DNA from: Frankiaceae bacterium
GTDB lineage: Bacteria; Actinomycetota; Actinomycetes; BP-191
NCBI GenBank assembly: GCA_035556555.1
Contig: DATMES010000059.1
Coordinates: forward strand, 12,054-76,053
Direction of reading: 5' to 3'
Length of the DNA stretch: 64,000 bases
The notes beneath the pieces are model-generated. The model was given only the letters and a program-made list of their open reading frames with translations. It did not search any database and was not told where the DNA came from. Positions 8,996-18,900 of the stretch are shown here, piece by piece. A program made the translations under genes and the position numbers. The stretch's first letter is position 1. Each line of letters starts with the position of its first letter.

Positions 8996-9691
8996 CTAGC
9001 GGGCGAGGGCGCTCATCGTGTCGGCGTACGCCGTCGCCTGCGCGAACGGGTTCGTGGCCTCGACGTTCTCCGTGGCGAGCGCGGTGAGGAAGCGGCTGGC
9101 GTCCGGGCGGACCGGCGCGGCCGGCGCGGGGCGCTTGGGGGCGACGGCGGCGGGCTTGGCGACCGGCTTGACGACGGGGCGCTGCACCGGGACGCGGACG
9201 ACGGAGCGGGAGACCTGCTTCCGCACCGGCGGCGTCACCTTCGGGGCGGCCATCGGGAGGCGGAAGACCTGGGTCATCCAGATGACGCCGCGGCTGTCGG
9301 TGACGGTGCCGATGCCGATCTCGGTGTACTCGGTGGCGAGGATGTTCGCGCGGTGCGCGGGGGAGTTCATGAGCGCGGTGTGGATGGAGTCGACGGAGCC
9401 GCCGTTGCCGACGTTCTCGCCGACGACCTGCCAGCCGGAGACCTCCGAGCCGAGGCTCGGGTTGTGGTAGAGCTTGCTCTGGGCGGCCATCCGCGCGCTG
9501 TGGCGGGCGGCGACGGCGGTGAGGTCGGACTTGACGACGAGGGCCCGCAGGCCGCGCGAGGTGCGCTCCGCGTTGGCCTTCGCGACGAACGAGCCGGCGT
9601 GCGGGTCGCCCGCGGCCGAGGCCTGCGTGGCGGCGGCGACGCCGAGGAAGAGCACCGGGGCGAGTACCAGGACCGCGAGCTTGCGGAGCAC
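8996..9691 (-). CDS. Secreted CAP/SCP/PR-1-like (YkwD-family) protein, paralog 1 of 3
   Basis: Signal peptide (VLRKLAVLVLAPVLFLGVAAATQASA). CAP-domain motifs (YHNPSLGSEVSGWQVVGENVG, ALMNSPAHRANIL, GIGTV). Start taken at an in-frame GTG (ORF 8996..9742). Confidence 0.8.
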   Translation of the reverse strand: MLRKLAVLVLAPVLFLGVAAATQASAAGDPHAGSFVAKANAERTSRGLRALVVKSDLTAVAARHSARMAAQSKLYHNPSLGSEVSGWQVVGENVGNGGSVDSIHTALMNSPAHRANILATEYTEIGIGTVTDSRGVIWMTQVFRLPMAAPKVTPPVRKQVSRSVVRVPVQRPVVKPVAKPAAVAPKRPAPAAPVRPDASRFLTALATENVEATNPFAQATAYADTMSALAR

Positions 9692-9913
9692 CGGGTTCTC
9701 CTTCGTTAGGCCGATCGTCAGGGCCATCAGTCCCACGACCACTGATCCGATCGGACTAACGCGCTCAGACCTTGAGGGTTACGGAGCGAGTTTTTTCGAC
9801 CACAGGGAGAGACGGCTTGTGTCCTGGTTCGCCGGAAAGGTCGTGCCCACCTGCCGCCCGGCAAGCCACAATGCAGGCTACGGACGCAGGGACTTAGGTC
9901 CCGAACCGCCTGG

Positions 9914-10603
9914 TCAGTCCGCCACGATCTTCGTGGTCCGGAGGAAGACCACCGCGCGGTCGAGCGACGTGACGGGCCGGGCCTTGCGGTACACGCGCCA
10001 CGCGGTGCGCAGCCGCGCCGGGGTCGGGTCGGCGACGACGCGCTTGCGCGCGGGCTTGCGGATGACGATCGGCTTGCGGGGGGCGCTACGGCTGGCCCGC
10101 TGGCGTACGACGGGGCGCTGGTAGACCGGCTTCGGCGCCGGGCGGGGGGCCGGCGGGGTGTACGACGCCCCGGAAGGACGGCGGAACACCTGCGACACGA
10201 ACAGCTCGCCGCTGCTCGACCGCGCCGTGCCCACGCCGAACTCCGTGAACGTCGTGCTGAGGATGTTCGAGCGGTGGGAGGACGAGTTCATGAACGCGTT
10301 GTGGATCGACGCGACGTCGGGTCCGCGGCCGACGTTCTCGCCGACGTTGCTCCACCCGCCGACCTCCGAGCCGAGGTTGGGGTTGTGGTACATCCGCCCC
10401 GACGCGGCCATCCGTGCGGCCTGGCGCCGCGCGACGGCCGTGAGGTCGCTGCGTACGGCGTAGGCGCGGATCCCGCGCGAGGTGCGGGCCCCGTTGGTCC
10501 GGGAGACGAACTCCGAGTCGCTCGACGCCGTGGCGGGCGTCGTCGCGGACAGGAGCGTCATCGGCAGGACGAGGGCGAGCAGGACGGCAACGCGGCGCAG
10601 CAA
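9914..10603 (-). CDS. Secreted CAP/SCP/PR-1-like (YkwD-family) protein, paralog 2 of 3
   Basis: Signal peptide plus the same CAP motifs (YHNPNLGSEVGGWSNVGENVG, FMNSSSHRSNIL). Clearly paralogous to the neighbouring two genes. Confidence 0.8.
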   Translation of the reverse strand: MLRRVAVLLALVLPMTLLSATTPATASSDSEFVSRTNGARTSRGIRAYAVRSDLTAVARRQAARMAASGRMYHNPNLGSEVGGWSNVGENVGRGPDVASIHNAFMNSSSHRSNILSTTFTEFGVGTARSSSGELFVSQVFRRPSGASYTPPAPRPAPKPVYQRPVVRQRASRSAPRKPIVIRKPARKRVVADPTPARLRTAWRVYRKARPVTSLDRAVVFLRTTKIVAD

Positions 10604-10781
10604 GACGGCAGTACCCCTGAGCGTTCGGGCCGGACGTGCAGGGCCGGCGACGGCAGACAGCTCCGGTCACGCCCTAGGTGCGGACGCGGCCGGATCCCAC
10701 CCCTCCGGGGGTCACCCTGCCAGACCATTAGCCCGAATGCCAGCAGATCGGACGAACGCGCCACTATCCGGACAGACCGGA

Positions 10782-10809
10782 CCCCGTTACTCCGAAGGGA
10801 GTAACGGGG
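10782..10809 (-). terminator. Perfect 12-bp stem hairpin (CCCCGTTACTCC-gaag-GGAGTAACGGGG) immediately 3' of CAP paralog 3
   Basis: Inverted repeat seen directly, ~25 nt downstream of the minus-strand stop. Confidence 0.6.
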
Positions 10810-10832
10810 TCCGGGAAGTCAGGAGCGGAGCG

Positions 10833-11552
10833 TCAGCCGAGCTTGGCCATCACGTCGACGTACGTCACGGCCCGGCCCAGCGCGCCGGTCTGGCCGGAGT
10901 TCGCGGCCACCAGGCTCGCGGCGGCGAGGCGCTTGCGGAGCGCGACCTTGGGGTCGACGGCCTTGCGGACGGGCTTGCTCACCGGCTTGGCGACCGGCGC
11001 GGCGGCGCGGGTGGCGACCGGAGCGGGGGCCGTGGCGGGCTTGTAGACGGCGCGCGGGCGGGGCGAGGCGGTGACGCGCGGCGCGGGGGCCGGGGCCGGG
11101 GCGGTCGAGCCCATCGGCTTGCGGAAGACCTGCGTGACGTAGAGGACGCCCTTGCTGTCGCGCGCCGTGCCCATGCCGACCTGCGTGAAGTCGCCGTCGA
11201 GGATGTTCGCGCGGTGCGCGGCCGAGTTCATGAACGCCTGGTGGATCGACGAGGCCGAGCCGCCCATGCCGACGTTCTCGCCGACGGCCTGCCAGCCGCT
11301 GACCTCGGAGCCGAGGTTCGGGTTGTGCCAGATCTTGCCGGCGGCGGCCATGCGCTGCGCGTGGCGGCGGGCGACGGCGACGAGGTCGCTCGCGACGCTG
11401 TAGGAGCGCAGGCCGCGGCTGGAACGCTCGCTGTTGGCCAGGGAGGTGAACTGCGACTCCTCCGTGCTCGCGTGGGCCGCGGGGGCCGTGACGGCGAGAC
11501 CGCCCACCGCGACGGCGGTGGTGACGAGAAGAGAAGCAAGTCGGCGAAGCAC
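10833..11552 (-). CDS. Secreted CAP/SCP/PR-1-like (YkwD-family) protein, paralog 3 of 3
   Basis: Signal peptide (VLRRLASLLVTTAVAVGGLAVTAPAAHAS). CAP motifs (WHNPNLGSEVSGWQAVGENVG, FMNSAAHRANIL). Start placed at the in-frame GTG before the signal peptide (ORF 10833..11669). Confidence 0.8.
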   Translation of the reverse strand: MLRRLASLLVTTAVAVGGLAVTAPAAHASTEESQFTSLANSERSSRGLRSYSVASDLVAVARRHAQRMAAAGKIWHNPNLGSEVSGWQAVGENVGMGGSASSIHQAFMNSAAHRANILDGDFTQVGMGTARDSKGVLYVTQVFRKPMGSTAPAPAPAPRVTASPRPRAVYKPATAPAPVATRAAAPVAKPVSKPVRKAVDPKVALRKRLAAASLVAANSGQTGALGRAVTYVDVMAKLG

Positions 11553-11790
11553 GCGCAGACACCTCCGGTGTGAACCCGAGGCGGCTGCCGTCTCAATGTG
11601 CTGAGTCGGTAGACCAGGGACTGGCCGTTGACCCTTCGGTGGGCTGGCTGACTGCCGGAGCAGTTCCATGCCTTTGCGGCCCGCACTCGCGTGCGGTGTG
11701 CCTTTGTCGAGGTCGGCGGTCGTCTCGGTGCTGTTGGCTGAACACCAGGTGTATCGGCCGGTCTAGGAAGAACTTGAACCGAAAGAGTGA

Positions 11791-12081
11791 TCAGGCAGGG
11801 ACTTTGGTCCCAACGGAGCAGCGATCTACCTCCGCGGCGGCGGCGACGGGCCTCGGCAGGCCGCAGAACCGGCCCAGCACGTCGGAGCTCTCCACCTCGA
11901 CGAGCGCGAGGTGGCGTTCGGCCGCGAGGCGGCGGACCGGCTCGGTCGCGGCGGCGGGTGCGTCGGCGGCGACGATGACGCGGCGTACGCCGCCGTCCCC
12001 CGCGGCAGCGCGCAGCACGGCCTTCGCCCCGACGACGAAGCCCTCGGGGATCCTGGGTACGGCGGACGGACCGTGCGCCAT
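11791..12081 (-). CDS. Putative L7Ae/L30e-family small RNA-binding protein (YlxQ-like)
   Basis: ~96 aa with GAKAVLRAAAGDGGVRRVIVAADA...LALVEVESSDVLGRFCG, matching the L7Ae/YlxQ fold pattern. It is standalone, and a GGGACTTTGGTCCC hairpin overlaps its last codons. Moderate-low confidence. Confidence 0.4.
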   Translation of the reverse strand: MAHGPSAVPRIPEGFVVGAKAVLRAAAGDGGVRRVIVAADAPAAATEPVRRLAAERHLALVEVESSDVLGRFCGLPRPVAAAAEVDRCSVGTKVPA

Positions 12082-12179
12082 GGCACCTCCTCCTTGGCTA
12101 CGTCGGGTGGCCGCGCGGGGACCTGTAGGGCCATGCGACACTTCCGACCGGGTGAGGGCGCGGACGAAGGGCGGGGCTC

Positions 12180-13703
12180 GTGAACCTGGCTGACCTCGTA
12201 CGCGAGGCGGCGCGCCGTTCCCCCGACAAGCCGGCGCTGCTCTACCGCGACTCGGCGATGACCTGGGGCGAGCTCGAGGACGCCGTCTCCTCCGTCGCCG
12301 CCGGCCTCGGCACGCTCGGCCTGTCGCCCGGCGACCGCGTCGCCGTCGCGCTCGGCAACACTCCCGGCTTCGTCGTCTCCTACTTCGGCGCGCTGCGCGG
12401 CGGGTACGTCGCCGTGCCCGTCAACACGACGTACACCCCCGCCGAGCTCGGGCACGTCCTCGGCGACTCCGGCGCGGCCGTCGTCATCGGCACCCGCAGC
12501 GCCGCGCCGGCGCTGCTCGCGCTGCGCGAGGACGTACCCACGCTGAAGCACGTCGTGGTGTCCGACGCCGCCGCGGCGCCCGAGGGGACGACCAGCCTCG
12601 ACGCGGTTCGCGCCGCGGGCGCGCCGGGGGTCGAGGCGTCGGAGCGCGGCGGCGAGGACCTCGCCGTCCTCATCTACACGTCCGGCACCTCGGGCCGGCC
12701 CAAGGGCGCGATGCTCAGCCACCGCGCGCTGCTCGCCAACCTCGACCAGTGCGCCGCCATCACGCCGCCCGTCGTCCAGGAGGACGACGTCGTGCTGCTC
12801 GTGCTGCCGCTGTTCCACATCTACGGCCTCAACCCCGCGCTCGGCATGGTCGCCAAGGCCGGCGCGACCGGCGTTCTCGTGGAGCGGTTCGACCCCGTCG
12901 ACACCCTCGGCGAGATCCACCGCCGGCACGTCACCAACGTCGTCGGCGCGCCGCCGATGTACGTCGCCTGGTCGATGCTGCCCGACCTCTCCGAGGCGTT
13001 CGCGTCGGTACGCCTGCTCGTGTCGGGCGCTGCGCCGCTGCCCGCCACCGCGCTCTCCTCGATCCTCGAGCGGACCGGCCAGCACGTCTTCGAGGGGTAC
13101 GGCCTCACCGAGACCTCGCCCGTCGTCACGACGACGCTCATGTCCGAGGTCGCGAAGCCCGGCTCGATCGGCCGCCCCGTCCCCGACGTCGAGCTCAAGC
13201 TCGTCGACGAGGCCGGCCACGAGACCGACGAGGAGGACCCCGGCGAGATCGTCGTCCGCGGCCCCAACGTCTTCTCCGGCTACTGGCCCGACGGCCACGA
13301 CGGCCCGGACGCGGCCGGATGGTTCGCGACCGGCGACGTGGCGTACGCCGACGCCGACGGCGACCTGTTCCTCGTCGACCGGCGCAAGGAGCTCGTTCTC
13401 GTCAGCGGGTTCAACGTGTACCCGCGCGAGGTCGAGGACGTGCTGCTGCGTCACCCCGACATCCAGGAGGCGGCGGTCCTCGGGATCCCGCACCCGTACA
13501 CCGGCGAGGCGGTCAAGGCGATCGTCGTCGTACGTCCCGGCGCGCAGCTGTCGGTCGAGGACGTCGTCGCGCACTGTCAGGTCTCGCTGGCGCGGTTCAA
13601 GTGCCCGACGGCCGTGGAGTTCGCGGACGAGCTGCCGCACTCGGCGACCGGCAAGGTGTCGAAGGGCCGGCTCCGCGAGAATGCCGGGCTCCTCGCGCGG
13701 TGA
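12180..13703 (+). CDS. fadD: Long-chain fatty-acid--CoA ligase (AMP-binding enzyme family)
   Basis: AMP-binding motifs LIYTSGTSGRPKGAML, YGLTET, GEIVVRGPNVFSGYW and PKSATGKVSKGRL. Confidence 0.85.
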   Translation: MNLADLVREAARRSPDKPALLYRDSAMTWGELEDAVSSVAAGLGTLGLSPGDRVAVALGNTPGFVVSYFGALRGGYVAVPVNTTYTPAELGHVLGDSGAAVVIGTRSAAPALLALREDVPTLKHVVVSDAAAAPEGTTSLDAVRAAGAPGVEASERGGEDLAVLIYTSGTSGRPKGAMLSHRALLANLDQCAAITPPVVQEDDVVLLVLPLFHIYGLNPALGMVAKAGATGVLVERFDPVDTLGEIHRRHVTNVVGAPPMYVAWSMLPDLSEAFASVRLLVSGAAPLPATALSSILERTGQHVFEGYGLTETSPVVTTTLMSEVAKPGSIGRPVPDVELKLVDEAGHETDEEDPGEIVVRGPNVFSGYWPDGHDGPDAAGWFATGDVAYADADGDLFLVDRRKELVLVSGFNVYPREVEDVLLRHPDIQEAAVLGIPHPYTGEAVKAIVVVRPGAQLSVEDVVAHCQVSLARFKCPTAVEFADELPHSATGKVSKGRLRENAGLLAR

Positions 13704-14404
13704 GGAGTCAGGCCGTACTCCCGCTCGTCGCGACCGTCATCGCGTGGGAGTTCGCGCTGGCGCTGTTCCGGCGGTGGCGGCGTTCGCGGCGGCCGTACCT
13801 CCGGTCCTGGGCGATCTCGCTGCTCTTCTTCGCGATGGGGTCGGCGTGCCTCTGGTACGGCACGGCGTTCGGCTGGAGCGAGCCCGTCTTCCGCGGCTAC
13901 TACGTCTGCGGCGCGCTGCTGTCCGTGCCGTGGCTCGCGATGGGCGAGATCGAGCTGCTCGCGCGGCCCGCACTGTCGCGCGCGGTCCTCGTCTTCCTCG
14001 TGCTGTTCTCGATCGACGCGGCGCTGGTGGTCGGGGTGTCGGACTTCGTCGACGGCAGGACGGTGTCGGGGTACGCCGCCCCCCACGGCTCCGACTACTT
14101 CGGCGTCCTGCCGCGGGTGCTCGTCGTCGTGTCCAACGCCGTGGGGACGTTCGTCGTCGTCGGCGGCACCTTGTGGTCGGGGTGGCGCGCGCGGCGGCAG
14201 GGCGCGGCCGCGCGGACCCGCTTCCGCGGCACCCTCGTCATCGCGCTCGGCGTCCTCGTCGCCGCGGCCGGCGGGACGCTGTCGTTCCTCTCGGCGGAGG
14301 ACAGCCAGGCCGCCACCCTCGCCGTCGGGGTCAGCGTCATGTACGCCGGCTTCGTCCTCGCCTCCCGCCGCCCCGGCGGTCGCGCGGACCCCGCCGTGGC
14401 CTGA
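13700..14404 (+). CDS. Integral membrane protein of unknown function (about 6 predicted TM segments), start-overlapping the fadD stop
   Basis: Hydrophobic ORF in the second half of ORF 12749..14404. A GTG start overlaps the fadD stop codon. Confidence 0.55.
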   Translation: MRSQAVLPLVATVIAWEFALALFRRWRRSRRPYLRSWAISLLFFAMGSACLWYGTAFGWSEPVFRGYYVCGALLSVPWLAMGEIELLARPALSRAVLVFLVLFSIDAALVVGVSDFVDGRTVSGYAAPHGSDYFGVLPRVLVVVSNAVGTFVVVGGTLWSGWRARRQGAAARTRFRGTLVIALGVLVAAAGGTLSFLSAEDSQAATLAVGVSVMYAGFVLASRRPGGRADPAVA

Positions 14405-14467
14405 TGGCGCCAGCGGACATCACGGCGTAGCGCACTCCTCGTACTGCGGGCCTCCGAGCCCGAAGGA

Positions 14468-14722
14468 GTGGTGCCCATGCGCCGCTGTGCCGTCCTGCTG
14501 TCCCTCGCCGTCGCGGCGAGTCTCGCGCCCGCGTCCGCCGCGCACGCCGGCGACTTCTGCGCGCGCGTCTGGACCGAGAACACGATCGGCCCGAACGTCG
14601 ACACCGCGCCCGCGGAGCCGTGCGTCGCGTACGACTACGGGCTGATCTGCCACTACGACGAGAACTACGTCCACCCGTACGTCGCCGTCTTCATCACGGT
14701 CTGCCACCCGCGCCCTATCTAG
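14468..14722 (+). CDS. Small secreted cysteine-containing protein (84 aa), hypothetical
   Basis: Signal peptide (MRRCAVLLSLAVAASLAPASAAHA) followed by 4 Cys. Its stop overlaps the convergent ECF sigma gene stop. Confidence 0.45.
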   Translation: MVPMRRCAVLLSLAVAASLAPASAAHAGDFCARVWTENTIGPNVDTAPAEPCVAYDYGLICHYDENYVHPYVAVFITVCHPRPI

Positions 14723-15600
14723 CAGACCGCCGTCAGCGCGCAGACGCCGGATTGCCCGTCCTCGTACTCGGCGCGGTACGCCTTCTCGACCGGGCCGTAC
14801 CCGGCCTCCGCCTCGACGGGGGAGTCCCCGGGACGCGGCTCGCGCTCGTGCGGCGCCGGGGTCGCGGCGGGACGTACGTCGTCCGCGCGCGGCGCCACGA
14901 GCCGCGCCGCCCTCGCCGGTTGTAGGGGCCGACCGGGGGCGGCGCGCCCGGCCGCCGGTCCGGCAGGTGCACTGCTTCGGCGCACCGCCGGGCCGGCGGC
15001 CACCTCCTGCCGTACGGCCGGTGCCGCCGGCGGCGCGGGCGCCTGCGCCAGCACCGCGCCCGCGACGACCGCCGCCGCGACCGGCTCGGGCCAGCGGCGC
15101 AGCCACCACAGCACGCCGCAGGCCCTGCCGCCCAGTGCGGTGTACGCCGCCGCCAGCCGGCGCCGCGCCCGGAACACCTGCTGGCGCAGCGTGTTCTCGC
15201 TCCGGCCGAACAGCGCCGACAACTCGAGGAACGTCAGGTCCTCGCACTCCCGCAGCACCAGCACGTCGCGGTCCGACTCGGACAGCCGGCCGAGCGCCGT
15301 ACGGACCAGGTGGCGTTCGGCGACGTCGGCGCAGGCGTCGGCCGACGCGCCCCCGACGTCGGGCACAGGCACCGGATGCGGGCGCGCGGCACGGTCGCGG
15401 GCGACGTTGCGGACGATCGCCGTGAGCCACCCCCAGGCGTCGCGCTCGCGGTCGTAGCGGGCGAAGGAGGCGTACGCCCGCAGCATCGCCTCCTGCACGA
15501 TGTCGTCGGCGTCGGCCCTGCCGTACGCCGCGATCGCGAAGCGGCGCAGGCGTGCCCGGTAGCGGGCGTAGAGCTCGTCGAACGCGACGTCGTGGGCCAT
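14719..15600 (-). CDS. ECF sigma factor fused to a C-terminal TM/proline-rich extension, likely a built-in anti-sigma-like domain
   Basis: Sigma-70 region 2 (DDIVQEAMLRAYASFARY...WLTAIVRNVARD) and region 4 (VLVLRECEDLTFLELSALFGRSENTLRQQVFRARRRL). A TM-like AAAVVAGAVLA stretch and Pro/Ala-rich tail follow. Start at the internal Met of ORF 14719..15906. Confidence 0.75.
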   Translation of the reverse strand: MAHDVAFDELYARYRARLRRFAIAAYGRADADDIVQEAMLRAYASFARYDRERDAWGWLTAIVRNVARDRAARPHPVPVPDVGGASADACADVAERHLVRTALGRLSESDRDVLVLRECEDLTFLELSALFGRSENTLRQQVFRARRRLAAAYTALGGRACGVLWWLRRWPEPVAAAVVAGAVLAQAPAPPAAPAVRQEVAAGPAVRRSSAPAGPAAGRAAPGRPLQPARAARLVAPRADDVRPAATPAPHEREPRPGDSPVEAEAGYGPVEKAYRAEYEDGQSGVCALTAVC

Positions 15601-15933
15601 GGCGGCCTCCCCCGTTCTCTCGCGCGCTGAGGCGGGCGCGTGACGCCCAGAGTGGCGCGAACAGGGCATAGCGGCAAGGCGCGCGGCAAACCTTCCGGCG
15701 ACAATGCCGTTACCCGGGAACGAATCGGACGGATCGCCGCTTACCGTCGTAGGAAGCAACGTCCCACGCTCGGCTACCACGATCGTCAGCGCCCAGACGC
15801 ACGGCAGGAGACGTCCTGACCGCGTCGAAGCCAGGCTAGGTAGGCCGTTTTCAGGGGCGGACCCAGCACCACTGGAACACAATTCACGTAACCCCTGTCT
15901 AGCCAAGCCCAGCCAGGCTGGCGAGGAGAGCTC

Positions 15934-18900
15934 ATGTCGTCTCGTGTCCGTTCCCGGTTCGTCGCCATCACGGCGGCGCTACCGCTTCTGGTCGTGGGTG
16001 GCCCCCTGGTCACGGCGGCCGACGCCGCCGACGGGGTCCGTCAGGCGGACATCGCCACCACCCAGGGCGCGCTGCGTATCGGCCCGCGCGCGGGCTTCCG
16101 CGGCGACGTAGCCCGCGGCATCAACGGGAACACCGCGATCGTCGCGATCGACGCCGCGTCGTCGACCACGCTCGAGAAGGTGTCCGTCTCCGTCACCCAG
16201 GGCGGGCCGTTCTCGATCTACGACGACTTCGACGCGACCGACGGCTTCGCGCTCTACAAGGACCTCAACGACGACGACCACCTCGACGTCGCCGACTACG
16301 AGGCCGGCCCCGTCTCCCTCCCGCGGTACGACATCGGCTTCAGCAACGGCGCCGTCGTCGTCACCGTCAACGCCGACCAGAGCAAGGCCACCGGCGAGGA
16401 CTCGTACCTGCTGACCGTGCACCCCTCGGCGAACATCTCCGACGAGCGCATCGTGAAGTTCGCGGTCCCGGCGAACGGCGTCGACACGACGTCCGGCACG
16501 TTCCCGTCCGCCACGGTGACCCTCGCGGACATCCTGCTGGACTCGCAGGCGCCCGCCGCGATCCCGCTCACGAACTTCGAGGCCGTCAGCCGCCCGCCGC
16601 TCGACACCTGCCCGGCCGGCGCGGCCGAGGGTGCGTGCGGCGACGACTCCTACAAGGTCTTCCGCTCGACCGCTGCCGAGACCGGTGAGCAGCTGGGCTT
16701 CTTCAACGCCCCCGGCGACCTCTCCGACGCGGCCCTCCTCGTCAAGCCGAACGGCAACTCGACGCTGCCGGCGCTGTACGACGTGAGCGGCATCAGCGGC
16801 TCGTCCGAGAGCCCGACCACGCTCTCCATCGGCAACGGCACCGGCCGCGACGCCAGCACCCCCGGCTCTCGCGCGCTGAACAACCAGGTCAGCGACGACG
16901 TCGTCGCCGTCCAGTGGGACCTCATGGGCAACACCGTCGCGACGGCGCTCAACAACACGCCGAACTGCGACCAGAACGTCACGACGCCCACCTGCGGCGT
17001 GCACGTTCCCCGCGGCAACGACGTCACCGCCCCGTCGCTCACGTACTCCGTGTCGATGGACCCGGTCAACGCCGCCTCGACGCCCAACGCCATCGCGGTC
17101 CGCGGGACCATCGGTTCCGGCAACGACGCCGGCGAGCACGCCTGGACCAAGCGCACGCCGGTCGAGCAGCTCGCCAAGCCGGAGCACGTCCGTCCGGTCG
17201 CCGGCTCCAACCCGGTCGAGTACACCGTCGTCGAAGGCCACGTCGGCACGGAGAAGCGCAGCGCCACGTCGTACACCCCCGGTGGTGCCGGCACGACGCT
17301 GATCACCAACGTCGACGTCTCCAACAACACGCTCTTCCCGCAGAACGAGCTGGTCCGCTCGCAGGCCCGCCTCGTCGACGCGGCCGGCAATGCCATGGCG
17401 CCCAAGGCGACCGCGCCGGTCCTCAAGGACACCATCGCGCCGAGCTTCGTCCGCATCTCGCTGATCGACGGCAACGGCGACGGCAACGCCGACGAGGGCG
17501 AGGTCTACCGCGTCGAGTTCGACGACCCGATGGACACTGCCGACATCACGAGCGGCAACGTCAACACCAACCTCAAGGTCAAGGACCCGCAGAAGGCCGC
17601 CTGCGACACCGTCACCATCGACGGGTACGTCCCGTGCGCCAACTGGGGTCAGGCTCCCACCGTCAGTTGGTCCGACGACGCGCGCATCGCGTCCATCACG
17701 CTGGGCGACCCGTGTGACGAGCTCGGCGAATGCGCCAAGGACACTGAACTGCCGCAGACGGGCTACCTCGTCACGGCGACCGGCGTCACCGACAAGAACC
17801 AGAACGCCCTGCTGAACCCGACGAACTTCCCGATCTCGGCGCCGAGCGTCCTCGCCTTCCAGGCGCGCACGATCGACTCCGGGAACGTAGGCACCCCGGT
17901 CTACAACACGGGCCGTGACGGCGTCCTCGACGCCATCGACGTCGAGTTCACCGCCCCGCTCAACACGTCCACCATCGCGGACGCGTCGAACGAGGGGCTG
18001 TTCGAGGTCACCTGGGCCGGCACCACGGTCGTCGCGACCGCCACCGCCGGCAGCGCCAGTGACATCGTCCACCTCACGTTCACGCTGCCGTCCGCGGCCC
18101 GGGCCGACTGGTCGACCGGCGCGCTCCCGGTCGTCGAGCTCAAGAACGACGGCAACGGCTCGACCCGCCTCAAGACCGCCACCAACTCGGCGATCGACGC
18201 GTTCAGCCTCACCAGCGTCGACCGCGCCGCCGCGGTCCCCGTCGCGATGACGACGAAGGACTCCAACGCCGACGGCAAGATCGACCAGGTGCACGTGAAG
18301 TACAGCGAGGCGATCGTCCACGCCGAGGGGAACCCCTGCGGGTACTCCGTGACGGGCTACGGCGACGCCAACTACAAGCCGGCCGGCTTCAACACCGTGC
18401 CGAGCGCGGCGTCCTGCCCGGCGGGCCAGCCCGGCAACGTCAACCGCAACGAGCCCAGCCCGGTCCCGGCCGGCGCCACGGCGAGCGACACCGTGTCGCT
18501 CAAGCTCGCGCCGGGTGCCAGCCCGGACACGAACGCCACCCCGGCGGTCGCGTACTCCGCCACCAACGCCACCCCGAGCTACGCCATCGGCGCGACCGCG
18601 CCCGACTGCATGAAGCCAGTGAGCCCGGTGGGTGCCACGACGCCGAACTGCCCGATCAACGACAGTGCGGGCAACGGCCTGGCGTCGTTCTCCGGCACGG
18701 CCGCGGACGGTGCGGGCCCGGCGATCATCGAGCGGACCACCGCTGACATCAACAGCGACGGCCGGCTCGACGAGATCCGCGTGAAGTTCAGCGAGACGCT
18801 GTCGACGCCGTCGATTGCGAACGCGCTGTTCTCGGTCTCCGACCCGTCGTACACGATCCTGTCGCTGGCCGTTCTGAGCGACAAGGACCTGGCGATCCGG

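Noticed and set aside
8869-9087. Small ORFs translating the intergenic repeat (peptides containing QPGCGPCGEKAQ at 8300-8959 and 61527-62189)
   Set aside because: The shared peptide is simply the same repeat DNA translated. The repeat lies between convergent genes and is better explained as a non-coding element.
11826-13640. 604-aa minus-strand ORF antisense to fadD
   Set aside because: No motifs and an Arg/Asp/Gly-rich composition. fadD on the plus strand is well supported.
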